A model generated the notes under the pieces. The model saw nothing but the letters and a program-made list of their open reading frames with translations, made no database searches and was not told where the DNA came from. A stretch of 64,000 nucleotides of DNA, taken from NCBI RefSeq assembly GCF_036321535.1, contig NC_087437.1:95668001-95732000 (forward strand), given 5' to 3'. A program made the translations under genes and the position numbers. Shown here in pieces: positions 27,115-40,640 of this stretch (position 1 is its first letter; every line of letters begins with the position of its first letter). The DNA comes from Camelus dromedarius (taxonomy: Eukaryota).

Positions 27115-27295
27115 GGTTTGTTTTTGTTTTTTGTTTTTTTGTTTGTTTTGTTTTTGGTTTTGGTTTTTGGTTTTCTTTTAGGGGGAGTGGTAATTAGGTT
27201 TATTTATATATTTATTTTTTAGTGGAGGTCCTGGGGATTGAACCCAGGACCTCATGCATGCTAAGCATGTACTCTACCACTGAGCTATACCCTCC
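27115..27295 (-). mobile_element. tRNA(Ala)-derived SINE (camelid Vic-1-like)
   Basis: tRNA-like head with A/B boxes, long A-rich tail, perfect 11-bp TSD CTAAAGTCCAG (27104-27114, 27296-27306). Confidence 0.93.
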
Positions 27296-29050
27296 CTAAA
27301 GTCCAGTTATCCTTTGTTCTTTATTCATATTTAAGAATGAGGTCAGTAAAAAGGTTTATTGGGGTTCTGTATACAAGGGTGGACTTTGTCAGATTACTTT
27401 GGGGTGAGTTGGTAAGGTGCCTGATGTTATTCTTAGTGATACCAAATGCCAAGGTAAAGAAGACTTTGCTTCAAGCTGCTCTATTTCTACCCAGAAAGTT
27501 TGTTTAATTTATTTAGGGAAGAACACTGCAATTTTTGAATTAGAGATGAATGCTCATCTACTATATGGGAGACAGGGGGGATTATGATTAGAGGAAATTA
27601 TTTCCTATAAAGATCTTCAACAATTCTGATGGCTTCTGTTCTACTTCTCACTTCTGCATAGTCAGATATCATTGTCTTAGAATCCTCTTGTTCTAGAGAT
27701 ATTACCTGGCCACAGGGTCTCCCTCCTCTGTTGTAGCTCTCTCTACCTATGTGTCAAGAAGAGATTTCTTCTTTGCATCATCATTACTGCTTGCCTATCT
27801 GTTTAATCTGTAAGAAATGCATTGAAATCTCTCAACCATTAATTCTTTAACCCTGATCTTTGAATTCAATAACATTTACAGTGTTTTTTTTAGTATATTT
27901 TTATAAAAGTCTCATGTAGGAAAGTGTGCGTGTGTATGTGTGTGTGTATACACTCAGTTTGCCCTGATGAACCAGATTTGCCTATAATTTTGTTTGGAAA
28001 AGATATCTTTGTGGTCCAGCAAGAGATGTTTAGGAGTTTCAACAGTAAAAGAAATTAAATAGTACAATTGAAATTTAGGAGCATGTATTGAGAACCTATT
28101 ATATGACATTTCATATAAATGTAAGCGATAAAAATACAAGTAAGATATACTCTGTGTATAGGAGAATTCACCATCCAGGGTAGGGAGAAGAAAATGTAAA
28201 CAAAGTGAAATGCAGCAATACAGATTCTATGACAAATGTTTGTAGAGTTCAGCCATGTCATGAAATGGAACTGATCAGTTTTACTTAAAAGAATAAGAAC
28301 TTCATAGAGGAGGTGGCAGCTAAGATGAAAGTATTTATTGACGCAGATGGCAAGCAAAGCTGGCTGTGATAGGGAAAATCTGTCACTCCAGCACAGAAAT
28401 CCTCTAAATCTATTTTCAAATGCATCGTCATCCCTGTCCTCCACAGCTCCTTCCCACACCTGGGCCCCGTACTCTTACCAGCCTAAACAAACTATTCCTC
28501 CATCCAAAGTGGTAAAACAACAGTTATTGAGCATCTAAGAATGATAGCTGTATTTTTATCTGCCCAAAATTGACAACTATCCACTGACTGGTCAAGCTGC
28601 CCTGTGCTCCAAATAGTAGCATTTTTGTAAAACAGTACAAGCACCTACCAGTGTAAACAGAGGTCACAGAATTGTTGGGTGTGATAACTCTTCAAGGTTC
28701 AGCATACTCCTGAATGAGTAGTATCACCATAAGTCATGCCCACTGACATCCCCCCCACACTGCATGCTTGTCAGAAATGAACTCATTTACCAATGTATTA
28801 TTTTTATTTTTTTAAGTCCCTGCATAAGCAGGCTCTTTGACTAAATATTTTACTTAATTTTATAGAAGATTATGACATGGGTATTTTCCCCATTTTTTAG
28901 ATGAAGAAATTGAGAGATTATATGCATAAGAAAACACAGAAGTTAAATTGCAGATTAGAAGTGGAGACTGACTTCAAAATTCTTGTAAAAACTGCTAAGT
29001 TTCCCTGACTATTCTCATCCCAACTCTTAAGCCTTTGCGACTGCCATTCT

Positions 29051-29176
29051 CTTTTTTTTTAAAAATAATTTTATGTTAGTATAATTTTATCTTGTTTTTA
29101 TTTATTATTATTTTAATCCCCAGTACCTTGTGTATGCTAAGCATGTGCTCTACCACTGAGCTATACACACACCCTC
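29051..29176 (-). mobile_element. tRNA(Ala)-derived SINE (Vic-1-like), rearranged
   Basis: atgctaagcatgtgctctaccactgagctatac head; degenerate TSD tgcgactgccattct / tgcaaccgccattct; B-box region altered. Confidence 0.85.
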
Positions 29177-31395
29177 TGCAACTGCCACACGCCCTGCAAC
29201 CGCCATTCTTAAAATGAATGCCATGACTCCATCCTCCAGTCTTACCCACCTTCAAAGCCCAGCTCATACATTGTCACCTCACTCAGGAATTCTGTGGTCA
29301 CCCCAGTCCAAATCCCTCTAAAAGGATTATCTGTGCAGTGTGTTTGAGAAATTCAGGACAAACACTTTTTAGTTTTCCATTTACTATTCTCATCCTCTGA
29401 AGCACTTTTTATTTGAGAAAGGAACATGCTATTCTCATAGTTTTGTGGCCCCAAAGCAATTAAGAGGCTCCTTGGTGAGGCTGAATTGCATTTACAGGAA
29501 GAGGGTAGCACTTCAAAGAGGCAGTGAAAATGGCTACCGTAGTGCTTGGCATGTAGGTGATGCTCAGTGACTATGAGCTGTCATTCGTATTATTCATTAT
29601 TTCTTATTCTCCATGTCAAGACACATATGAAGGATTTCCTAACTATGACATTTGACCAGGATTTTCAAGGAAGCAAAATAAAGCCAGTTTTCAACTTTTT
29701 AAACCTGAGAGTGATTAGCTGTTCTTCATATTCCTTCTTTCCTAAATCACTGTTTGCATTCAAGTTCTCCACATCTTTCCTTCGTTAGACTGGAAACTCC
29801 TTAAAAGGGAAAGACCTTGCCTTTTTAAAAGAATCTTTTTATCTCCTGCCACACCTAGCATGCTTCTTTATATACTGCAGAAGAGAAATGTGTTTATTTG
29901 AACCTCTTTTTTAAAGTTTAATTTAGCATGTATTGCCTAGCATTGTTATGTATCTTATTTTTCCTTGCCTCCCAAACTAGAGTATCAGCAAGCTCAGAGC
30001 AAAGATATTTAATGCCTTGTGCAAAACAAGTTCTTGACTTCTTTATGAAAATAGTAGGCTTTTAGAGGTTTATTTGTTCCTTTACAATACAAATTGACCA
30101 TGAATGTATGAAGTTTTTTCTTCTTCCCCAGAATGAAATCAGTGGGGCCTATACGAAGGGCAGCGAAACCAAAGTCGCTTGAAACAATAAAAGAAATCTA
30201 AAGTTCAAATGGAAAATATATTTGCATGGCTCAAATGCTCATTCATCACTGAGCTGAAAGGATGTGATTTTCTTGTCAGATGACATGTTATAAAAATAAA
30301 ATAGTGGCAATACTGACACTTTATATTCTGAATAAGCACAATTGCATGAGCCCAATTTCTGTTTGAAAATCCTACACATACAACTACTTCTTCACAGCTG
30401 ACCATGGAGGCTTACCTAGGGCAGTCCTAAAGGGACTAACCTGTTGCAGACCAGCTTCTTTGAAGAGCTGTATCTTGATTCTATCATTTAGGGATTAAAG
30501 GGCAGCACAAAATTTGAGATTTTTTTAAAAAGGACAAAAATTAAAAGGACAGAAATGTTGTATATTTAATGTCTTTATTTATTTAGAGTTGTAACATGCC
30601 TATCTCCTTCAAAGCTAGTCTCTCTTTAGTCTATTTGGGAAGGAAGGATCTTTTGAATGCATTTCTGACTTGCCACATGGCGACTGTTGCTCTATCTGAG
30701 GTTTTTCCAGATATTTCTAGGTGCTCTAGGGGATATAGTCACCGTCTCCTGGTGGTAAACTGTGGACACTTTCTGTAAATTACCCCAGTGGATGGGCAGA
30801 AGTGGGGCAAACACACTTCCCTACACTGTCTCTTCCCTTAATTCTACATCCTGCCACCATACGAGGCTATACGGGAACATGAGGCTTGACTGAAGAGCTG
30901 GGAGTTGCTGAATGGAATGACTATATAAAAGTTGGACATCATTGTATACCAAGTGAGACTGCTCTCACGAGACAAGGGATAATATTTAAACCATTTGAAA
31001 GTGATGGTTTCAAAGACACGTATCCTAGATCCTAGCCTTGTCAAGGTCCACCCACTACACAGTGTCTTTCCATCAAATCTCTGTGTTAGAAATATTGACC
31101 CCACACCTATAAGCTTTAAGGGAATACACAGGGGCTGCTTTCACTCTAGGTTTAATCCCTCCTCCACTTGAAAATTGCTGGACAAAATAACCATCAGTAA
31201 TATATAACCCAAAGTCTAAGTTATGAATCCTAGAACTATGGGACAGAGTGGTGGTAGAGATTTTTGTTTGTTTGTTTTTTAATATATAATACTATCTAAG
31301 TTCAAATTCAGCACTCTGAATGCTGGCCCCATTCATTCATTCCACTCAATGACAGTTTTGTATAGTCCTTTTTATTCTTTCTAGTCATTTGGGAT

Positions 31396-31429
31396 ACACA
31401 CACACACACACACACACACATACACACAC
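31396..31429. repeat. (CA)n microsatellite
   Basis: Direct reading. Confidence 0.95.
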
Positions 31430-32464
31430 CCAGAAACACAGTTATCCCAGCAACAAACACTAAGCCCCAGAGACTGTAAAATATAGATCCAGATTAAATA
31501 ATACTCTTTCTTGAATATACTATAATCTTCATACTCCCTTCCCATGTGGAGGATAAAGTTTTATATATTTTTAAAGAGAGCTGTAGACATCTCCCCATCT
31601 TTTTGTTGTTTGGTTATTATTCTCCCATTTCCAAACCATGCATAAAAATTTACAGGTGCGTAGAAAAGCAAGCCTGATGCTGCACCTCATCTCCAAGCAG
31701 CAGGAATATCTGGTTTTCGATGGCCAGCGTCTAACTGAACAAAGACAAGTCCAAGGCTTTAAAATGACAACTTTTCCATATGTAAAGGACCAAATTTAAA
31801 AGCAGGCCTTTCCCACATTATTATTTTATAAGTAAACAGAAGACAATATGAGGAATTATCATTCTCCTACTGAGACAACCCCTGCTGTTGTGTGTTCACT
31901 TGTGTGTGTCTGTGTGCATGTGTGTGTGTGTGTGTCTAAGGGGAGCTTTGCATTTTCAGTTAAAATCACAGTAAGGAAGAAAATAAATTATTATAGCCTT
32001 CATAAATTACACAAATTATTTTCACCTTCGGTTCTATAAAAACACAAGAATATTTCCCATTAGCACTTTATTCACCACTTAAGAATAAAGTCTTAAATAG
32101 AAAGATGCCAGCCCAAAATATAAAATGTTTCTTCCCCTCCCTCACATATCATCTTTCTCTATGAGTTTATGTATAACTATGTTGGGGAAAAAAGTAAATT
32201 AAACATATGTTCTATGCTGTTGAGAAATCCATTTTGGTAGAATGATCTATAAATATTGAAAAAAACCTTGAGGACATAAGTAAACACCAACCGTAAAGTC
32301 GGTGTAACCACAGTAATAAAACAGTGAGAGAACAATTACTTTGGATCACTAATAAGGCTTCCTGGAGTAAAGAAACAAAGTACCGTAAAGAACACACAAT
32401 TTTGCTGAAACTAACACTGTAAATCAGCTACATGTCAATAAAAAATCAAATTAAAAAAAACATA

Positions 32465-33275
32465 GTTTTGGAGGGATGTATTTTATATACAATGAAATGC
32501 ACGTATTTTAAGTGTACAGTTTGACAAAGAAGTGCAGAATCTGAAGTGTACAGTTTGACAAATTTTGAGAAAGTATATGCCATGTACCCACCATCCCGAT
32601 CAAAATACAGAACATTTTCATTGAAGTGGTAGCAGAGTATGCCACCCCAAAACATGTCGCTTTGGTATACTGATCAGTTTGAACTAGGAGCACTTGAAAA
32701 GTAGCAAATGCAGGGAGAGGCTTTATCTGAACGTTACTTACCTGCCTAAAGACAGATCCTCCAAAGAAAGTCACTTGTCATAAATCCTCTCCCTGAGAGT
32801 CTCATCACCTGGGGAAGGTTGACTCATGACAGGAGAGTTGACTAGAAGTGGATACCACACCCAGACAAACTGTCACAAAGGAGCGTATCTCCCACCTATT
32901 CTTCTAAAGGCCCGTTTATCTTTCCTAAAAATCATTAACTCTCCCCTAAGAGGTCTACATCCCTTTTCTCCTTTCCCCATCAAGTTGGTATTTAAGCCTG
33001 AATTCTAAGCCACCTCAGGGAGTCACTCATTTTTCCCTGGGTATCTCCCATGTATACCTCTGGTTTACATGTTAATAAACTTTTGTTTGTTTTTCTCTTG
33101 TTAATAGATCTTTTATTCCAGGGGTCTCAGCCAAGAACTTAGAAGGGTAAAGGGAAAATTTTTTGCCTCCCCTACATCATTATCCCATTGTTTCCTCTTA
33201 CCATTTTCCAGCCAATCCTATTCCTTCTCCCACCTCTTGCAGGCCACTGCTGTTCTGATTTCATCAGCATAGCTT
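32465..33275 (-). mobile_element. Old L1 3' end fragment split by an LTR
   Basis: aatgaaatgcacgtattttaagtgtacagtttgac...atcaaaatacagaacattttcat|...ccactgctgttctgatttc. Contains a tandem duplication of aagtgtacagtttgacaaa. Confidence 0.7.
32622..33176 (+). mobile_element. MER34-like ERV1 solo LTR
   Basis: tgaagtggtagcagagtatgccaccccaaaa start, aataaa at about 33074, cctaca end, perfect TSD TCAT. Confidence 0.92.
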
Positions 33276-33279
33276 AGTT

Positions 33280-33910
33280 TAAGAGCGTTGGTCTTTGAGC
33301 TGTCAGATCTGAGTTCACATTTCAGCTTTGCACTCACTACACGTGACCATGATTAAGTTACGTAAGGTCTTTGAACCTCCTTTTTTTCCTTCTATAACAG
33401 GGACAATAATGTGCCTACATTATAGGTATTTGTGAAGATTCAGTTAGGTCCTCCTATACGTAAACTATTACTAGAGTGTTTGGTAGACATATACTGCATA
33501 GGTAGGAGTAAAGTCTTCACTTTAGACTAATTTAAAAAAAAAAGGGTTAAGACAGGGAATACAAAGTGCTACACCAGTGTCTCTGTGAGTGTATGCTTTT
33601 TGGGGAATGGGGATGGGGAGCATACTGGGAGAGTGCAGAAGAGGAGATAGCATTAGCATCGCGTTATAATAACAAGAAATAACAATGTTTGCTGTGTATT
33701 CTTCCAAGTGCTTTGTGTACTTGAACTCATTTAATCCTTATAACACTATGCAAAAGTATTATAACTCTTATCCTCATTCTATAGGTAAGGAACCTGAGGC
33801 AGAGAACGATTAGGCATGTTGCCCAAAGCTACACTTCTAGCAAGTGGTTGAACTATGACTTGAACCAGATGTTCTGACTCCAATATCTGTGACGATGTGC
33901 TTTGAATAAC
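33280..33910. mobile_element. Two MIR SINE fragments in opposite orientation
   Basis: gtcagatctgagttcac...ttgtgaagatt (+, 33280-33500) and catttaatcctta...ggaacctgaggcagaga (-, 33680-33910). Confidence 0.75.
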
Positions 33911-35394
33911 TATGCAATGTTATCACTCAGATAAAAATAACTACTCAAGAGATTAAGAAAGCAGCTTTTCTTATAAGAGTATTTATATAAATACACTACT
34001 TGTGGTTTTGTTACCAGTGTAAGGCTGTTAATTTACGTGCATTGGCTTTTCTTTAACATTTTTGAGTGTCTTGGCCAGTAGATTAAGATGAATTTCACGA
34101 TTAGGTAAAGCTAATAACCATCACCAATTAAGATGTTCCCTTAGGATATAAACATCTTTCTATTGGAATTTTGAGCACTTCGATTAGTGTCTAAAAAAAT
34201 CTAAGAAATTAATTGTTCTTAATTCATTTGACACACTTTGTGATTTACTTGAAAATCTCAAATTATTGATATCAGCTCTAACTTCTTATAAGTTAATATT
34301 CTTTCCTCTGATATTCTGCCAGTTTGCATTAAAAAGACAGATACTTTAAATCTTACAGTTTTAAAACTAAGAAGAAGCTTAAAGATCATTGTGTTTCCCT
34401 GTCCCTTCAGTTAGAGATCTCTCCCTAAACCAATGCATATAGATGGCTTAGAATATTTATTGTTTTAAGTAAACACCCATGTCACTGGTAGTAAGCTTCA
34501 TAATAATAATGCCTTTACTTCTATTGATTTGTACTTTATGATCATGCAGATATTTTCCAATTCAGTTTTTAGGAGAAGCTTGTAGGTAAACATAATAGAT
34601 ATTTTTCTCTCCATCCTCAGATATTTGATTAAATGACTAAATGATTTATCAAGCCATAATATATAGTGACAATCTAAGACCAAAGCTAGGGTTTGCTGAT
34701 GCTAAATCTAAAACGTTTCCACCTACCCAAGCTTCATAAACACAAGACTCAAATTTCTTTCCATATTTTAATTTAAAATATAATCATATATTTAGTTGGA
34801 ACTTAGTGTCTAACACTTTCTATATCACTGAAAAATTTTTTGTAGGTATTATTATCTAATTAAATGGTATATTAGCCTTCTCAAGTTTCTAATGCCCAAA
34901 TTCAAGGCTGTCCTATATAGACAGATAGCTTTGGGCTGTGATTTGAGTGTTATTAGGAAGGCATAATGAACTTACAGAATATTATCCAATTTGAAATACT
35001 GTCATTATCAGTGTAATCAGTTAGGCAAAGTTTATTGTCCCTCATGAAAATAAACATATTCTGATAGAATAGCAGAAGCTTGGAGAAATATGTATGTCAG
35101 TGAAGGATCCAGTAGAAAAGAGATAGCGCACTCAATTTGGATATTTCCCCAGTAATACGCTGAAATAGGTTCTATTGTTATTATCAGCATACCCATTTTT
35201 CAGTTGAAGAAACTGAGGCCCAGAAGGCCTTTTCTGTAGTCAGTTACCTAATGTTCCCTGTGATACCTGGTTTAGCTGGGATTAGCTCCCACATGATCCA
35301 ACACCTGGTGAGTGGATTTCTTAGAAAAGTGTCTGTTTGCAGTGTTTGCCTGTTTCTGTGGTGTAGATACTCCCACTTACAGCAGATTTCAAAC

Positions 35395-35489
35395 AGTCAA
35401 TGGTGGTTTAACAACAGACTCGTAAAATTCCTCAATATTTAAAGATTGGCTGTTCTGACCACTGTGAGCTAGGTTTGGCACACCACTGC
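35395..35489 (-). mobile_element. hAT DNA transposon terminal fragment (MER63-like)
   Basis: ttaacaacagactcgtaaaattcctcaatatttaa...gcacaccactg; its reverse complement resembles the CAGTGGTGTGC terminal sequence. Confidence 0.55.
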
Positions 35490-36419
35490 CAGTACCTCTG
35501 CTCTTTATCATTACATTCTACTGCCTTTAAAAGGAAAATGAATTGTTTTTCTCACCTTCAAGGGGTCTGCTGTGTATCCATGTAATAAATTTTATTGATT
35601 TTCTTAAAATTGCAAAAGATCTCTCTGTATATTGTTAGAAAAATGACTAAAGAAAACAGTTTAGGTGATAGAAAAAAACTTTAACACTCCATTAAGTAGA
35701 CAGTCTCCATTCTGAGAGCTGAAAATGAGGTGGAAGATGGGAAGCTTTTACAAGACAAAGAATAAAGAACAAGGAGAAGAAAAAAAATCTGATTGGCTAT
35801 GGCCATGTTGTCAAACTTATTTGGGGTGAGAAGGAATGAGGAAATAGATATGGAGCCCAGCGTTGGCTTGACATTTGGAGATTTGCTGACTGGAGATACT
35901 GCATTTTGCATTAAGCAGAGCGTTTATAGGGACTGGAAAGTTTGGTTTACTGGTGTGTCACTCCAGGCAGGAATGGCTCCATCTTGGGTCTAGAAATTTA
36001 TTTCAACAGTATTGAATACCATTATTTTTTGTTCAAGGGTTCCTGGAAAAACAGTCATGTTAAATCAGCAGTCAAGTGGGTAGTCATATAGAAACATCCA
36101 AAGTTATTAGATACCAAAGTCAGTTTGTTCTCCACATTTAATTTTACGATAGGCCCTGTTCTGATTTAATCTACAAGTCTGGTCTGTGAGTTCCTCCTTG
36201 ATTTGCCTAGTTGTTGAAGAATTTAGCTTTGCACTCCTGACTTTACATCCCGGCTATATCACTAGCTCCTAGTTTTATCTCCTTTATTGAAATTTAGATG
36301 TTGATTCCCCACTTTAATATCAATTCCTTACCTGGTAACCTTAATATCACAACTGTGTAGCCAGTTTTGGAGAAATTTTCCTCAGTATATTTTAGTATTG
36401 AGCTCATTTCTTGACTTAC

Positions 36420-36837
36420 AAATCTTGGTATGTTGATTATTTTTATCTAAAGGCAGTCAAGACCCAGCAGACTCAGAAAATATTTTTACCTCTCCCTTAA
36501 GTACCTAAAAGAATTTAGATAGAGGCCTGGCCCAGAAAGAGAGCTATAACCAGAGATACCATTTTTTATCTAAAAAACTTACCTGCATGGCAAGGCAAAC
36601 ACCCAATTACCAACCATCTGCTCTTTTTATCTTCCTGTGAATTGCCTTCCTCTTCTTTGAAGCTCCAGGCTCTCAGTTGCCTGATGGCCTTTGGGTCTCA
36701 TATTTTTATGAGATTCCTGTACATGCAACATTAAATTTGTTTTTCTTTTCCCCCTGTTAATTTGTTTTATGTCAATTTAATTATTAGACCAGCCTAATAA
36801 CCAGAAGGGAAGAAGGGAAAATTTTTCCACCTCCACA
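36420..36837 (+). mobile_element. MER34/MER39-like ERV1 LTR (5' end degenerate)
   Basis: ttggtatgttgattattttt...aaaggc, aagaatttagatagagg, 3' end tatgtcaatttaattattagaccagcc...ctccaca. Confidence 0.75.
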
Positions 36838-37629
36838 GGGACATGAGAACTGGATTCATAAGAATTCAGGAGGCTTAGCGTCAATGTCCTATGTTTACAC
36901 TTTTGTTTTATTTTGACAATTTCCCTCCCATCTAGTGTACTGTTTATCAAGCTCTGAGTATTGTTATATTGTTATGGCAGACCTGCAGGAAAAAAAAAAA
37001 AAATCCAAGCCTCTATTTGAAATTTGCATATTTCTGCCTGTCAGCTGTCAGCCATTATCTACTGAGTCCATATTAACTATGCATTTGAGATGTGTAATTA
37101 AAAACATAGGTAAGATCCCTATTTAGTGGATTCACCTTCTAATGACAAGGAAATAAGTACATAGTTGCAGTAAAAATTATAAATATAGAAATATCAAATA
37201 GAAGGATGGGTCAGAGTTTGTCTGTTTGCACAGAGAAGGAGATAGGCAAGTTTGTTGGGCTTTTGAAAAGAAGATGGTCCATGAGTTGTCATTTAAAGAA
37301 AAGAACAATATTGTGGAATGGTGCACAGCGGGAGGTAGATGTGGCTGTTGGGAAGCCCCTGACTGTTGTGGTTATAGCAGGGAGGGGCTGTCTTCATTGA
37401 CTTTGACCTTGGAACTTAAAGACTTTCAAATGATAATGGGGCTAGGGATGGGGGTGGAGGGTCCTACTGCCTGCACTTCCTATCCAAATAAAGCATTTTT
37501 AATGTCTTAGAAATAGATCACTATGGTTGACATCAACATTCAACTTTGTTGTTAATGACCATGACCCCAGAATAGGATTTATAATCCCAAAATATAAAAT
37601 TATTGAGGGCAGTCATCCAACATTGGGTT

Positions 37630-38167
37630 TGAAAGGTGTGCCACCCCAAATAACACCACTTTGGTATAATAATTATTTTGATCAATTAAGAACCTGCAGA
37701 CACAGGAAAAGCTCCTTATGACCCATCTAACTGCTTAAGAGTATTGTATAAATTGCCTTCTTGTAAAACAAATTTACATTTATGAAAGAAATTTCCTATG
37801 TAAAGCTTTCCCTTTGCTGGGAAGAAAGCTACTCTCTGAGACAACTCTCATCACCCAAGAGACTCTTATGTGCATAACAAGACATCCTTTATTTACTATG
37901 CGTTTCTCCCCTTCGCCTTCCCAAAGCTTGACGCTGCCACCCAGAAGCCCAAAAACCCTTTTTCCTTTATTTAGACTAAGATGGTATATAAACATTCCTC
38001 ATCTGTTTACCTCTTTGAGCCACCTTTTCTCTTTCTGAATTTCCATGCTTGTTTATTTTATTAAAACTGTTTTTTCTCTTGTTAATCTGTCTTTTACCAG
38101 TTCGATTTATAGGCCCCAGCCATTGTACCTGGTAGAGTAGAGGAAAAAAGATTTTTCCTTCCTTACA
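37630..38167 (+). mobile_element. MER34-like ERV1 solo LTR
   Basis: tgtgccaccccaaataacaccactttggtataataattattttga; ctaagatggtatataaac; 3' end ccttaca. The start may extend to about 37604. Confidence 0.85.
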
Positions 38168-38539
38168 GGCCAAAGTTCTTATTTAGTTAATAATGTTACA
38201 TCCTAAAACAGAAATATTGCAAAGATATATTTTTGTCTGATTTGGCAAATTATATAATTCAAAGAGAGGGGAATTAATTCAAATATTTAAGAAATGAGCA
38301 ATTTACATTCCAACAAATTGCATAACAATGAGTCCACTGTTCCTTGAGGTTTTTTTACTTCAAATATTTTTAGCTTCCAAAACCATGCTCCTAATTTGTG
38401 ATCAGGGTGAAGAATCTCAGGTAATATGTTTTGATTATAATAATTTTTATTATATATTTTATTTTAAATTTTTTGATGATTTAAAAAAATTTTAAATATA
38501 TACATATATATGGATATGTGTGTATACATATATACATGT

Positions 38540-38840
38540 ATATACGTGTACACATATATTCTTTTTCAGATTCTTTAACATGTTATTAACAAGATATTGA
38601 ATATAGTTCCTTGTGCTACACAGTAGGTCCTTGGTCTTTATTTTATATATAGTAGTGTGTATCTGTTAATCCCAAACTCCTAATTTATCCCTCCCCCACT
38701 TTCCTCTTTGGTTACCTTAAATTTGTTTTCTATGCCTGTGAGTCTATTTCTGTTTTGTAAATAAGTTCATTTGTATCATTTTTTTAGATTCCACATACAA
38801 ATGAGACCATATGATATTTGTCTTTCCCTGTCTGACTTTT
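38540..38840 (-). mobile_element. Younger L1 3' UTR fragment (cetartiodactyl-type)
   Basis: caagatattgaatatagttccttgtgctacacagtaggtcc...gattccacat...tgtctgactt. Confidence 0.8.
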
Positions 38841-38844
38841 AATA

Positions 38845-40640
38845 TATCTTTAAGTATACAATATTAAATTATTAACTATATGCACTGTGCTGCACAACAG
38901 GTCTAGAATTTATTTATCTTGCGTAACTGTAAACTTTTACACATTTAACAACAACTCCCCATTTCTCCTCTCCCCAGCCCTGGCTGCCATCATTCAACTC
39001 TGTTTTTATGAGTTTGACTATTTTAAATACCACATATTGGTGGACTCATGCAATATTTGTCCTTCTTTGACTAGTTTATTTCACATAGCGTAATGTCCTA
39101 CAGATTGGTCCATGCTGTCACATATGGAAGACTTCCCTTTATTTGTAAGGCTTAATACCATTCTATTGTATGCATATACCACATTATTCATTTATCTGTC
39201 AGTGGACATTTAGGTTGTTTCTGTATCTTGGCTACTGTGAATAATGCTGCAATAAATGTAGGAGTGCAGATACCTCCTTGAGACCCTCATGTCAATTCTT
39301 GTGGATATATATCCAGAAGTAGAATTGCTGGATGATAGAGTTGTTCCATTTTTAGTTTTTTTGAGGAATCTCCGTACTGTTTTCTGTAGTTATTAAATCA
39401 TTTCCCACCACCAGTGTACAAGAATTCTAATTTCTCCACATCCTCATCAACATTTTTTAAAAATATAATAGGCATTTTACCAGGTGTGAGGTAATAAAAG
39501 CATTGTGGTTTGGATTTGTACTTCTCTGAAGATTAGTGATGTTGAGCATTGTAGGGGTTGAAAATTTTTTCCTACATTCCTTCTGGGTTCTTTGGTTGGT
39601 CTAATAATTAAATTGGCATAAGACAGATTGATAGGAGAAAAACAAATTTAATTTCATATATACAGGAATCTCAAAGATATGAGACTCAAGGGCAAGTTGA
39701 GCCATTGAGGCTTATATACCATCCTGGGCTAAGGATGAGGATAGGGACCTAGGGCTTCAAAGAAGACGAGGGCAATTCACAGGATGATAAGAACAGACGT
39801 TTGTCAGTAGAAGTTTGCTTTGCATGCAGACAGGTCTTTCAGTTAAAAAAATTATCTCTGGTGATAGTTCTTTTTCTGGTACAGGGCTTCTATCTAAATT
39901 CTTTAAGGTAGTTTAGGGAGAGGTAAAAAGTTTTCTGAGTCTGCTGAGTCTTGATTGCATTCAACTTAAAATTATCCACATGCCAAACAAAGTATCATAT
40001 TTTGGAATGGCATGTCCTGCTCTCCTTCAGCATCTGTTAATATACCTGTTGGCCATTTGTATGTCTTTTTTGGAGAAATGTCTATTCAGAACCTCTGCCT
40101 GTTTTGTAATAAGGTTATTTAAAAAATTTTTTTACTCTTGAGTTGTATGAGTTCTTTATATATTTTGGATATTAATCTCTTATCTGATATGTGGTTTACA
40201 TATATTTTCTCCCAATTCATAGGTTGCCTTTTCATTCTGTTGATGTTTAATGCTTGCTGTGCAGAAGCTTTTTAGTTTGATATAGTCCCATTTGTCTATT
40301 TTTGTTCTTGTTTCCACTGCTTTTGTTGTCATATCCAAGAAATCATTGCCAAAGCCAATGTCAAGTTTTTCTCCTGCTTTTTTCTAGAGTTTTACAGTTT
40401 CAGATCTTACATTTAAGTCGTTAATCCTTTTTGAGTTGATTTTTGTGTATGGTGTTAGATAAGGGTCTAATTTCGTTCTTTTGCATGTAAATACCCAGTT
40501 TTTCCAACATCATTTGTTGAAGAGACTAGCCTTTCCCCACTGTGTATTTTTGGCACCCTTGTCAAATATTCAGTTGATCATAGATGGTTTTATTTCTGAG
40601 CTCTCTATTCTGTTCTGTCTTAAGCCAGCACCATACTAAA
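38845..40640 (-). mobile_element. L1MA-like LINE-1 3' portion, split by an LTR
   Basis: Canonical L1 text (gtgaataatgctgcaataaa, ttgctgtgcagaagctttttagtttg, ttttgagttgatttttgtgtatggtg). Confidence 0.9.
39550..40029 (-). mobile_element. MER34-like ERV1 solo LTR inserted in L1
   Basis: TG...CA with perfect TSD GCAT (39546-39549, 40030-40033); L1 resumes collinearly (gttgagcat|ctgttaatatacc). Confidence 0.92.

Larger units (their letters stand above)
25240..27750 (-). mobile_element. Old L1 (L1ME-like) fragments interrupted by MLT1, an ERVL-like LTR and a SINE
   Basis: Degenerate L1 3'-like text at 25240-25420 and 25800-25930; gcctgaaaatgtctttactcagcc...tttgaaaatattgttt at 26900-27010. Boundaries uncertain. 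Confidence 0.45.

Noticed and set aside
27225..27295. tRNA-Ala gene
   Set aside because: The tRNA-like head is followed by a SINE body and A-rich tail, is flanked by a TSD, and has several diverged copies in the window.
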